Positions 40,753-50,003 of a stretch of 64,000 nt of DNA are shown here, piece by piece. Positions within the stretch are counted from its first letter, which is position 1, and every line of letters starts with the position of its first letter. The position numbers and the translations under genes are program-made. The stretch covers positions 640,001-704,000 of the forward strand of contig CAVSBQ010000002.1 of the NCBI GenBank assembly GCA_963726265.1. The letters are read 5' to 3'. The DNA is from Candidatus Aenigmatarchaeota archaeon. Lineage in GTDB: Archaea; Aenigmatarchaeota; Aenigmatarchaeia; QMZP01; QMZT01. The notes beneath the pieces were generated by a model. The model ran no database searches and was not told the origin of the DNA. It was given only the letters and a program-made list of their open reading frames with translations.

Positions 40753-41631
40753 CTACACACCGGGATACGTCACGTGGATGAACACCAGGAAGGCGGTGTT
40801 CATGAAGGGCAGCATGACCCATGTTATCAGCAGTATGACCTCGTCTATCGTAAGGCCCATCACGCTGCCGCCTATTATGCTCATCGTCGCCAGCATCGAC
40901 AGCATCATCAGCGGCGCTGCGACGAGCAGCGCCGTGTAAATGTCGGCGTATGTTGAAAGCGTCTTGAGGTATTTCTCCCTTTTTATTTTGTAATCGAAGA
41001 GCGCCCTTTCCGACATCTCGTGGAGGTATGCCGTCATGTCGCCTCCGGATTCTACGGCCGAGACCATGCCAAGCAGGAGCTCCCTGAAGCCTTTCGATGG
41101 CGTGCGCTCCGCGATGTCCCTTAACGCGTCGACAGAGCTCATGCCGAAGGTCTTTATGTTTCTCATTATGAGCCTGGAGTCCTCGGATATTTCGCCGTAT
41201 TCCTTGAAGCCCGTGAGCAGCTCGAACATGTATTCCGTCGGTATGCCCGACGAGGCGATGGCCGACATGTGGGTTATCGCGAAAGGAAGGTTGTTTTCTA
41301 TCGAGTTCTCCCTGGAGCGCTCCTTCTCGACCGGGTACAGGTAAAAAAATATGAAGACTATGGACGAGACGAAGACTGGAAAAAATATTATGCTGAATAT
41401 GTAGATGTAGAACTCGACTTTTATGAAATAGCTGAGCAGCACGTATGTGGCTGCGAACGCGGCTGCGAACGCGACGGCCGTCGAGAAAAAGAGCATGCTG
41501 ACCCATGTCTTGAGCAGGATTTTCATGTTGGCGTTCTTGATGTGCGGCTCGAGCGGCCTGAAGGAACCGATATACTTCTCCACCAAACCCCCGAACAGAA
41601 CCAGTGAAATTTTCCTGTAAAAGGACGGCAT
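40753..41631 (-). CDS. T2SS-F/PilC-like pilus platform protein
   Basis: IENNLPFAITHM, TPS..FRELL, SGGD. Confidence 0.88.
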   Translation of the reverse strand: MPSFYRKISLVLFGGLVEKYIGSFRPLEPHIKNANMKILLKTWVSMLFFSTAVAFAAAFAATYVLLSYFIKVEFYIYIFSIIFFPVFVSSIVFIFFYLYPVEKERSRENSIENNLPFAITHMSAIASSGIPTEYMFELLTGFKEYGEISEDSRLIMRNIKTFGMSSVDALRDIAERTPSKGFRELLLGMVSAVESGGDMTAYLHEMSERALFDYKIKREKYLKTLSTYADIYTALLVAAPLMMLSMLATMSIIGGSVMGLTIDEVILLITWVMLPFMNTAFLVFIHVTYPGV

Positions 41632-41681
41632 ATTAAAATATTGGCCTCGCATATAAAAAGCGACCGCCGCTTGAACAAAGA

Positions 41682-41964
41682 GCAGGGAGCACGCTTGCGG
41701 TAGACCTTGCAAAAAACCGAAAGTTATCCGTTCTGCCTTCTCCACCCTGCTACCCTGCAAGCACTATCATCATAGCTTAGGGCTGCTGTCTTCCGACCCT
41801 GACCCGGTTCACCCTGAGGACAATCCTGCAGGACAAGGCTTCGCAGTTGGCAGAAAGGGCTTTGCGGCATCTTGCCGGGCCATCCGCAAACTACAACCGG
41901 CCATGAAGACCGTCTGCCACCCGAAGGTACGGTAGGCCTAGCCCCGTGGTTGGAGGCCCCCTGC
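41682..41964 (-). ncRNA. ffs: SRP (7S) RNA, about 283 nt, lacking helix 6
   Basis: Helix 8 GAACC-GGGU-CAGG-GUC-GGAA-GAC-AGCA-GCCC; terminal helix GCAGGGGGC/GCUCCCUGC; TATA about 25 nt upstream. Confidence 0.92.
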
Positions 41965-42017
41965 ATTATTAATCCGAATGCGTGTATTTAAATATATAAC
42001 AGCTTGACGGTGACCCT

Positions 42018-42845
42018 ATGCATCATTATAGGAAGCGTGCATTCCGACCTGCGAAGGGCAGGAACACGAAGACGATGTTTTTAGGGCTTGCCGTGCTGCT
42101 TGCATGTCTGGCTGGCTACATGCTTGGCAGCATGAACGAGAAGGTCATAATATACTATAATGAAACCATAACAGAAGGCGCGGTAAATTACGTTCCCTAC
42201 AACCCGGTGAACGTTTCCTATTCTAACGTCTCATACGTTTCCGTAATCATACCTGCGGTCGACGAGGAAGGCAACGGCCTGACCACCGTGCTGACGGTCC
42301 AGATAATCCCCGGCGAAGGCCGCGTCCTCGCGAACATAGACAAGATGCTTTTCTGGACGGACACGCAGAACTCCATCCGCACTTCCAGCAGGGTCGCGTC
42401 CAACATAACCGGCATCAACCTGTCGCAATACGACATAATATACACCATCGCGACCAACGCGACCTCTGTCGAAGGCCCTTCCGCTGGGACTGCGCTGACA
42501 ATCGCCACCATCGCCGCCATACAGAAAAGGGGCATTGACACGAAGGTCATGATAACTGGCGCCATAAACCCCGATGGCACCATAGGCCCGGTTGGCCAGA
42601 TACTCACCAAGGCAAAGGTGGCGAAGGACGTCGGAGCAAGGCTGCTTCTTGTGCCCCCGATGCAGTCGCAGGCAATCACCTACGAGACCAGAAGATATTG
42701 CGAACAGATGGGCCCCTCGCAGGTATGCACGACCGAGAAGGTTCCCAAAACCGTGAACGTTTCGGAGGAGGCCGGGATAGAGGTCAGGGAAGTCGGCGAC
42801 GTGCGGGAAGCCCTGGAGTATTTCTTTGTTGAGGAGCAGCCATGA
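42018..42845 (+). CDS. Membrane-anchored Lon-type (S16) serine protease domain protein
   Basis: EGPSAG, TGAINPDGTIGPVG..LTK Ser-Lys dyad; no AAA domain. Confidence 0.88.
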   Translation: MHHYRKRAFRPAKGRNTKTMFLGLAVLLACLAGYMLGSMNEKVIIYYNETITEGAVNYVPYNPVNVSYSNVSYVSVIIPAVDEEGNGLTTVLTVQIIPGEGRVLANIDKMLFWTDTQNSIRTSSRVASNITGINLSQYDIIYTIATNATSVEGPSAGTALTIATIAAIQKRGIDTKVMITGAINPDGTIGPVGQILTKAKVAKDVGARLLLVPPMQSQAITYETRRYCEQMGPSQVCTTEKVPKTVNVSEEAGIEVREVGDVREALEYFFVEEQP

Positions 42846-43594
42846 TAGACATCCACGCGCACCTGTGCTTCGGCGACTATGACAGGGACATGGACCAGGT
42901 CATAGCAAAATGCAGGGAGGAGCTTGCTGCGGTCGTGGTGAGCTCTGCCAGATATGACGAGGGCCTGAAGGCGCTGGCCCTTGCAAAAAAGCATCCGCAT
43001 TTCATTTTTCCCACGCTCGGCTGCCACCCGACCGAAGGCGGCGACCCGGAAAAAATAATGCAGCTGATAAAGGCCAGCGCGGAAAAGATAGTCGGCATCG
43101 GAGAAGCAGGCCTCGACCACCACTGGGAAAAGGACAATGAAAAACAAAAGCGTCAGAAGGAGGTTTTCTCGCAGTTCATAGAGCTTGCCGGAAAGCTGAA
43201 GAAGCCGCTTGTGATACATTCGTGGGACGCGGAAAGCGAATGCTTCGAAATGGTGAAAGACGCTGGCATCGAAGCGATATTCCATTGTTTTTCAGGCCAG
43301 AGGGAGCTGGTGCAGGCAATCGCCGCGCGCGGGTTTTACATTTCCATATCGACCATGGTGCTTTTCTCGAAGAACGTAAGGAAAATCGCGAAGGACACGC
43401 CGCTCGACAGGCTGCTTCTCGAAACCGACTCGCCCTTCCTCTCGCCCAACAAGGAGCAGGACCCGAGGAACTATCCCTGGAACATAAAGATAGCCGCAGG
43501 CAAGATAGCGGAGCTCAAGGGCACGAACGCGCAGGAGATTCTCGGAAGGGCAAAGGAAAACGCCGTCCGCGTTTTCGGCCTCAAAATAACTTAA
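42842..43594 (+). CDS. tatD: TatD family nuclease
   Basis: DIHAH, GEAGLD, HCFS, ETDSP. Confidence 0.94.
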   Translation: MIDIHAHLCFGDYDRDMDQVIAKCREELAAVVVSSARYDEGLKALALAKKHPHFIFPTLGCHPTEGGDPEKIMQLIKASAEKIVGIGEAGLDHHWEKDNEKQKRQKEVFSQFIELAGKLKKPLVIHSWDAESECFEMVKDAGIEAIFHCFSGQRELVQAIAARGFYISISTMVLFSKNVRKIAKDTPLDRLLLETDSPFLSPNKEQDPRNYPWNIKIAAGKIAELKGTNAQEILGRAKENAVRVFGLKIT

Positions 43595-43618
43595 AAGCAC
43601 GCGCTCTTAATTGGTATT

Positions 43619-44773
43619 ATGAAATTGAATCCGGGTGCGAAGACCATAGCGGCAAAAATAACCGGTTCCGGCCAGATATGCGACGCATGCCTTGGCCGCC
43701 AGTTCGCCAGGCTCAGGGCGCTCAAAAACAGGACTAACCGCGAGCGCGGCAGCATAATCCGCAGCCTTGCCGCAAACGAATCCGGAATCGTTGCTGAAGG
43801 GGAATGCCGTGTATGCGGCGGTTTCTTTGACAGGCTTCCCGGCCTGGCGGATGACGTCCTGAAAAAGCTGAAGGGAACGGATTTCGCGACGTTCATGGTT
43901 GGTATAAGGATGAGCGACGCGCTGGTCATGAGCGAGGAAGCTTTGTGGGAAAAGGCCGGCGTGAAATACAGCGAGCCTATAAAGGCCCAGATAAGCAGGG
44001 AGCTGATGGGGGCGGTATCAAGACGCACACGCCGTAAGCCCGACCCGGACAGGCCAGACGTGCTGATAACGCTAGACCTCCAGAGAAACACGGTCGAGAT
44101 TTTCGCAAGCCCGCTGCTGTTCTACGGGGAATACAAGAAGTTTATGCGGGGTTTGCCGCAGACAAGCTCTCCCCGATACAAGCAGAGCGTCGAGGACATA
44201 ATAGCGAAGCCCTTCATGAAGCTTTCGAAGGGCAGGTCACACGTGCTCCACGCGCTCGGCAGGGAGGATAAGGAAGCGAGATGCCTTGCATGGAGGCCCT
44301 TCGTCCTGGAAATCAAGCAGCCGAAAAAACGGAGGCTGCGCCTGAAAAAGATAGCAGCCGAGATAAACAAGAGCGCGAAGGTGAAGGTGGCGAGGCTCAG
44401 GCCCTCGAAAAGGAAGGAAGTGGCGGTACTCAAGGCCAGAAACCCCTACAAAGTTTACAGGGTAATCATCGACTTTGAAAACCCGGTTGGCAACATCGGC
44501 GATGCAAAAAAAATCGCCGGCGGCATAAAGCAGCGCACGCCGGGCAGGCTTCTCGGCCGCAAAGAGGACAGGACAAAGCATAAAAAGGTTAAAAGTATTA
44601 AATGGAAAAGGATTAATAGTAAAAGATACCAATTTGATATAACCGCGGAGTCGGGTTTATACCTCAACGAACTCGTGACCGGCGATGGCGGAAGGACAAA
44701 ACCGTCGCTTTCGCAGGTGCTGGGCAACAGCGCGAAAATAAGGGAATTCGACCTCATAGGCCTAAAGGCATGA
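43619..44773 (+). CDS. pus10: tRNA pseudouridine synthase Pus10 (divergent)
   Basis: CDACLGRQF, GRED, QRTP, GDGGRTKPS; precedes rpl21e. Confidence 0.88.
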   Translation: MKLNPGAKTIAAKITGSGQICDACLGRQFARLRALKNRTNRERGSIIRSLAANESGIVAEGECRVCGGFFDRLPGLADDVLKKLKGTDFATFMVGIRMSDALVMSEEALWEKAGVKYSEPIKAQISRELMGAVSRRTRRKPDPDRPDVLITLDLQRNTVEIFASPLLFYGEYKKFMRGLPQTSSPRYKQSVEDIIAKPFMKLSKGRSHVLHALGREDKEARCLAWRPFVLEIKQPKKRRLRLKKIAAEINKSAKVKVARLRPSKRKEVAVLKARNPYKVYRVIIDFENPVGNIGDAKKIAGGIKQRTPGRLLGRKEDRTKHKKVKSIKWKRINSKRYQFDITAESGLYLNELVTGDGGRTKPSLSQVLGNSAKIREFDLIGLKA

Positions 44774-44786
44774 AAGAGGGAATGTC

Positions 44787-45077
44787 ATGGTAAGAGCGAC
44801 ACTGGGTTTCAGGAGATCGACAAGAAGGAAGCTTAGGAAGAAGCACGGTGTGAAATTCACGGTTACCCCGTATCTGATGGAATTCAAGCCGAAGGACAAA
44901 GTAGTCATAAAACTAGACCCGTCATCCCAGAAGGGGATGCCCTTTCCCAAGTTCAAGGGCAAGGTGGGCGAAATCAAGGCAAGGAGAGGCGACGCTTACA
45001 TCGTCACGATAAGGATAGGCAACTCGGTAAAGGAAGTCATATCCAGGCCTGAGCACCTGGTGTTGCTGAAGAAGTAA
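44787..45077 (+). CDS. rpl21e: Ribosomal protein eL21
   Basis: RRSTR, KGMPF.KFKGKVG, RPEHL. Confidence 0.96.
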   Translation: MVRATLGFRRSTRRKLRKKHGVKFTVTPYLMEFKPKDKVVIKLDPSSQKGMPFPKFKGKVGEIKARRGDAYIVTIRIGNSVKEVISRPEHLVLLKK

Positions 45078-45088
45078 AAGGTGGTTTC

Positions 45089-45415
45089 ATGAATATCAAG
45101 GATGAGAAGGTAGTTAGCTGGGCAGAATCGAAGAAGATACTGTCCGAAAAGGAGAAGAGCAGGGAGCTTGCTTATGAGCAGAAAAACGCGCTGGATCACC
45201 TGAGAAAATTCTGCAAACTGCCGGAGAAAAAGCAGGACAAAGTGATGGAAGAACTGAGAGGCATCGAGAAACTCAAGGAAAGGCACATAGTCAGCATCAT
45301 GAACTTCCTGCCGGAAAATCAAAACGAGCTGAGGACGCTTTTTGCGAACGACAGACTGGTTCTGACAGAGGACGACAAGAAGAAAATACTCAAGATAGTG
45401 AAGGACAACAAATAG
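45089..45415 (+). CDS. rpo4: RNA polymerase subunit Rpo4 (F)
   Basis: ELAYEQKNALDHL.KF; conserved gene order. Confidence 0.92.
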   Translation: MNIKDEKVVSWAESKKILSEKEKSRELAYEQKNALDHLRKFCKLPEKKQDKVMEELRGIEKLKERHIVSIMNFLPENQNELRTLFANDRLVLTEDDKKKILKIVKDNK

Positions 45416-45462
45416 CATTATAAATACGTATTCTAATCTTAAACAAGGCGAGGCTGGTCAGA

Positions 45463-46038
45463 ATGCAAAGGGAAATCAAAAAGGACGAATGGGCAATAGT
45501 GCTGGATTACCTGCCCCATGGCTATTACGGCATGCGCGTTTCGCAGCCGGTTTCGCAGGTCGTGGGCGAGGAGTATTTTTCCCTGCTCGAAGTCATAGTC
45601 AGGGAAGGCGTTTATCTCAAGGTCGGCACGCGCGTATACATAGGCGACGGGAAAAGGGACGAGGTCAAGTTCATAAAGAGGAGAATCGAGTTCAAGGACC
45701 TCACGACGGCTGCGAAGGAAGAGGTTTCTGATATTGTCGAAGACGTGGTCAAGGCCAGCCCCAAGAAGTTCCTGGAGTTTTTCAACCGCGCGGGCCCCAT
45801 AACCACGCGCCTGCACCAGCTCGAGTTACTGCCGGGCGTAGGCAAGAAGCATCTCTGGGAAATCCTTTCCGCGAGGAAAGAGAAGCCCTTCGAAAGCTTC
45901 GAGGAGCTGAAAAAGCGCGTGAGCATGCTGCCCGATCCCGAGAAGATGATAATCAAGAGGGTCCTCGAGGAAATGGAGGACAAGGACAAATACAGGATAT
46001 TCGTGCCCAAGTTCGAAAAAATGCAGATGCAGCGATGA
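45463..46038 (+). CDS. DUF655 family RNA-binding protein
   Basis: VLDYLPHG, RLHQLELLPGVGKK. Confidence 0.92.
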   Translation: MQREIKKDEWAIVLDYLPHGYYGMRVSQPVSQVVGEEYFSLLEVIVREGVYLKVGTRVYIGDGKRDEVKFIKRRIEFKDLTTAAKEEVSDIVEDVVKASPKKFLEFFNRAGPITTRLHQLELLPGVGKKHLWEILSARKEKPFESFEELKKRVSMLPDPEKMIIKRVLEEMEDKDKYRIFVPKFEKMQMQR

Positions 46039-46049
46039 CGACCGCAAGG

Positions 46050-47594
46050 TTATTTCTGGCTGATCATTTTCAGAACGCTTTCCGGATTCTTGTAATAATC
46101 CGATATTATCTTGCCCACCTTCTCTATCGTGTTCATCTTGTTTTTGACCATCCAGAGCAGGATGTTCTTTTTCTCCTCGAGGTTCCTTTTTATTTCGTTG
46201 TCGTCCATGCCGGAGAAAAGCTTTATGTCGTTCCAGACCCTGTTCGATTTGCCCCATTCGACTATCTGGTCCTTCGATGGTACCCATCTGAATATGTCGT
46301 TCATCTCGATTTTCATTTCGTCAAGCCCGCCCGATGGAATGAGCTCGGATACCTCGAGCACCCTTCTTATGCGCTTCCTTCTGTCCCTGTGCATGACCGC
46401 TATCAGCTGGAGCGAGGTCAGCAGCGAAATGGGAATGTTGATGGGCGGGTTTATCAGGCGTTTCAGCGTTTCTTCTGCGGTGTTGGCGTGAAGCGTCGAG
46501 TAAACCGAATGGCCGGTGTTTATCGCCTCGAACAGGACTTCCGCCTCCTTAGACCTGCGTATCTCGCCGACTATCATCCTGTCCGGTCGCATCCTGAGCG
46601 CGTTTATCATGAGCTGGAGCATCGTGACTTCCCCCTTCCCCTCGATGTTCGGCGGCCTGGTGGTGAGCGGGACCCAGTGGAGAAACGGGGGGAGCTGTAT
46701 CTCTCTCGTGTCCTCGATGGAAAGGATTCTCTCTGTTGGCGGGATAAACATGCACAGGACATTAAGGAACGACGTCTTGCCCGATGCCGTTCCGCCAGTG
46801 CAGACGATGTTCATTTCGAACTGTATTGCCAGCCAGAGGAACGCCGCGACCTCAGGCGATATGGTCTTCGTTTCTATGAAATCGGTTATGGTCCACGGCC
46901 TCCTGGCGAATTTCCTTATCGTCAGCGTGTTGCCCTTTGAGGATATCGGGAAGAGCGTGGAGTTCGCCCTGTCGCCCGTCGTCAGATACGCGTCCATGAG
47001 TGGATTGAGATTTGTTATCTGGGTGCCGACCTTCCTGCCTATCTGCGCGGCATAGTTGTAGACTTTCGTTTCATCGCCCAGCACAACGTTGGTTTTGAGC
47101 CAGCCATAGGTCCTGTGATAGACCCATATGGGCTCCTTGGCGTTGTTGATTACGATTTCCTCAAGGCCGTTGTCTTTCAGCATGAATTCAATCGGCCCGA
47201 GGCCCAGCGATTCCTGCGACAGGATTCCGACCAGTATGTCCACGTCCTTCCTGCTCAGGTTAGGCAGCTCGGCCCCGATAAGGTTAGTCGCCTTCTGCAC
47301 GAATTTCATCTTGACTTCGCTCGTATCTTCTGTGCTGAGAATGTCGTCCGTTACGAAGGCGAGCTCGGTGACTATCTTTTCCCTTATGGAGTCAAGGATG
47401 GCCCACGTCGCTTCCTCTATCTTCGGGTATTTTATGTTGTAAACGGGGACGTATTCCTTCTCGTCATGGTAGATGCTCACGGAAGCGGTCACGTTCTGGT
47501 ATTCTATGTTATAACTTTCCATCACCTTCATGGTGGGAGCGGGTTTTTCAGTTTTTGGGATCAATTTCGCCCTTTTCGGCTTTTTTGCCAGCAT
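46050..47594 (-). CDS. Type II/IV secretion ATPase (second paralogue)
   Basis: GGTASGKT, SIEDTRE, LRMRPDRMIVGEIR, STLHA. Confidence 0.94.
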   Translation of the reverse strand: MLAKKPKRAKLIPKTEKPAPTMKVMESYNIEYQNVTASVSIYHDEKEYVPVYNIKYPKIEEATWAILDSIREKIVTELAFVTDDILSTEDTSEVKMKFVQKATNLIGAELPNLSRKDVDILVGILSQESLGLGPIEFMLKDNGLEEIVINNAKEPIWVYHRTYGWLKTNVVLGDETKVYNYAAQIGRKVGTQITNLNPLMDAYLTTGDRANSTLFPISSKGNTLTIRKFARRPWTITDFIETKTISPEVAAFLWLAIQFEMNIVCTGGTASGKTSFLNVLCMFIPPTERILSIEDTREIQLPPFLHWVPLTTRPPNIEGKGEVTMLQLMINALRMRPDRMIVGEIRRSKEAEVLFEAINTGHSVYSTLHANTAEETLKRLINPPINIPISLLTSLQLIAVMHRDRRKRIRRVLEVSELIPSGGLDEMKIEMNDIFRWVPSKDQIVEWGKSNRVWNDIKLFSGMDDNEIKRNLEEKKNILLWMVKNKMNTIEKVGKIISDYYKNPESVLKMISQK

Positions 47595-48276
47595 CCTTTC
47601 TCCTCTTGACAAACTTCAAAACTAAAACAATGCCTATGATTATTATTGCCGCGACCGCTAAAAAAGCTTGGAAATATGAAATGCGGATTGCCGGAAGCCT
47701 TACCGTGTATATGGCTATGAATATGGCGAAACAGATGATGATGGCAAGGTTTATGATGAATACCTTCCTTGCCGGCTTCGCCTTGCGGCGGCCTTTCAGT
47801 TTCCCTATCTTTTCCTCGTCCGTCGTGAATCGTCTTAGAACGAGCACGGGCTCGCCCACCGGAGGATAGCGCAGGCGCACCAGCTTATGCTCCTCCAGGA
47901 TCCTGCCCCATTCCTCCACCTGTTCGGTGTCGATGCCCAGCAGCTTGGCCGCTTCCTTCACCTTTATTATGCCCTTCTCCCTTACGATTTCGTAGAGCTT
48001 GTCGACATCGGTTTCGACGTGTTCCCTGGCCTTTTCAACATTTTTCCGGGGCTTCGCTTTGTCATCATCGTCCACCCCGGCCTTTTCCGGCTTCGCTTCT
48101 TCAGGCGTTTCCTTTGCCGGTTCCTTGGCAGCTGCCTTCCCGGCTTCGGGTTTGGTAGGCGCCTCTTTTGGCGCGGCAGCCTTAGTCTCCTGCCCTTTCA
48201 GGGCTGCAGCCTTCCGGGGTTTCTTCCCGTCGCCCTTTCCGCCGTTCACTTCCAGATAATCATCTTCTTCGTACAT
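47548..48276 (-). CDS. Membrane protein with low-complexity linker, wHTH-like domain and 2 TM helices
   Basis: K/E/A/P-rich N-terminus; VKEAAKLLGIDTEQVEEWGRIL; C-terminal TM segments. Confidence 0.7.
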   Translation of the reverse strand: MYEEDDYLEVNGGKGDGKKPRKAAALKGQETKAAAPKEAPTKPEAGKAAAKEPAKETPEEAKPEKAGVDDDDKAKPRKNVEKAREHVETDVDKLYEIVREKGIIKVKEAAKLLGIDTEQVEEWGRILEEHKLVRLRYPPVGEPVLVLRRFTTDEEKIGKLKGRRKAKPARKVFIINLAIIICFAIFIAIYTVRLPAIRISYFQAFLAVAAIIIIGIVLVLKFVKRRKDAGKKAEKGEIDPKN

Positions 48277-48277
48277 A

Positions 48278-49471
48278 TCAACAACTGCCGCATAATTCAG
48301 TGATGCCGTATCTGTCGGCAAAGGTCCTGTTTAACCTGAACCAGCCCTGCAAACCCCTCACCGGATATCCAATATAGTCTTGGTCCCTGAAATATATATA
48401 ATCTACAGAGACGACGTTTTCCTTTAGCGGTAATTGGTAGCTCTGCAGTTCCGGAAGATTGGTTATGGACTCCATGCCTTCGGAAGTCGCGTTCAAATCG
48501 CCTTCCAGCCTTTTAAGGAAAGGTGGGCCGCTGCCGGCGAAATAATATTTGTTGTCTATCTCATCGCGCAGCGGCAAATGCCATACAGCCTTCGTGACGC
48601 TGTCTATGTAAACAGTCAGATAGCCGGTCTCTGACACGGCCTGCGAAACGGCTTCGAAAGCGCTGCCGTTGCCCGTGACGTAGCAGTCCGAGCTCGCGCT
48701 GAGGTTGACCGATTCCTCTATGACAAAGCCCGAAAAGCAGCCAAGCGACACGCCGGATATGTTCTCCGCGACGAGTATCCTGGAGGCGCATTCTGTTTTG
48801 TTGAAGGTCACGTTGCCGCTGCAGTTGCCTGTGGAATTCGCGCCGCCGGTCACGAGCTTCTTCCCGCGGTATGGATACGGCGAGAGCTTCACGCTCCTGG
48901 TTATCACGCCGTTCGTCTTGAGCGTGAAGAGCGGGTCCTCCGCGCCATCGACCGGTACCATGGCGTCGAACTGCATGTTTTTCTTCGTTATGTTCGCGAT
49001 GCCCAGTTCGTCGGCGACCGAGACGTTCAGCCTCCCGGAGGCGTTTATCTCAAAGGCGCCGTGACTGGAAATCTGCAGGCCCGAGAAGCTTATGTTGATG
49101 CGGAAGTTGACCGGCACGCTCAGGATTTTGGAGGTCCAGTTGGCCAGCGTGTTGTTGAACATGAGGATGCTCTCGTTGCCTTCAATCGACCCGTTCTCCA
49201 TGAGCTCCTTTATGCCGGCCGGCGCGTCGCTCATGGCCCTGCCGCTCATGACGACGTAATCGTCGCCTGCCAGCATGGCCCTCTTGCCCGACGTCACGAT
49301 AGCCTTGGCGAAGTCGTTTTCGATGCTCTTCTCGGCTTGGTGTATCTGGTCGGCGACTATGGTCTCGTATCTGCCGGTCTCGCCGCCCTGGGCCTCGATG
49401 TAGAGCGTTATAAACACGACTATAGTAATCGTGATGAATATCGCTATCACAGAATAAAACTGCCCCCTCAT
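48278..49471 (-). CDS. Large pilin-like or secreted protein
   Basis: MRG|QFYSVIAIFITITIVVF class III-like signal; many sequons. Confidence 0.72.
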   Translation of the reverse strand: MRGQFYSVIAIFITITIVVFITLYIEAQGGETGRYETIVADQIHQAEKSIENDFAKAIVTSGKRAMLAGDDYVVMSGRAMSDAPAGIKELMENGSIEGNESILMFNNTLANWTSKILSVPVNFRINISFSGLQISSHGAFEINASGRLNVSVADELGIANITKKNMQFDAMVPVDGAEDPLFTLKTNGVITRSVKLSPYPYRGKKLVTGGANSTGNCSGNVTFNKTECASRILVAENISGVSLGCFSGFVIEESVNLSASSDCYVTGNGSAFEAVSQAVSETGYLTVYIDSVTKAVWHLPLRDEIDNKYYFAGSGPPFLKRLEGDLNATSEGMESITNLPELQSYQLPLKENVVSVDYIYFRDQDYIGYPVRGLQGWFRLNRTFADRYGITELCGSC

Positions 49472-50003
49472 ATAAATAATAAGGGGGCTTTAATTAAATT
49501 GAGATACTATCATTCACTTACAATTTCCTATAATGCCCGAGACAGTTAATTGTCCCTGATATTAGCAGGTATCGCTGGTACTTTATCTCGATATTATAGA
49601 GACTAATTCCGTATTTTGGATAAACCATGCACATTTCAGCTACAAGTTTAGTGCGAACCCTGTTATTTACAAAAATATCTTTGCTTCATTTTTATATCTA
49701 AAGTTTCGAACTTCACTCAATAGAAAATCTCGCACCTGTCATTGACTTTATCGCATACCGTTGCAAAGATTTAAAGCTAATTCGTTCTTTGTTTTCAAAT
49801 CATCTTTGGTTGTGGCGCATACAAATTTACGACACTTGCACCAATTTTTGCATATTCACATCACCTTTAATTATTCAATAGTGACTATTTGGACATAAAA
49901 TTTATAAATGGTTACTGAACCAAGCGATTGCCGCCTTCATGGCTGGCTGGAAATTTTAAATTATTAAATTAAAGCCATGGATGCAATATTTTATCGTGAT
50001 GCG

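Noticed and set aside
41724..41966. 80 aa ORF and the upstream extension of the 40753 ORF
   Set aside because: Both overlap the SRP RNA; the true pilC-like start is 41631.
49745..49865. Possible UGA-recoded small Cys-rich peptide (ATG TGA ATA TGC...)
   Set aside because: TGA is used as a stop elsewhere in the window, no recoding signal is evident and the frame is too short to support.
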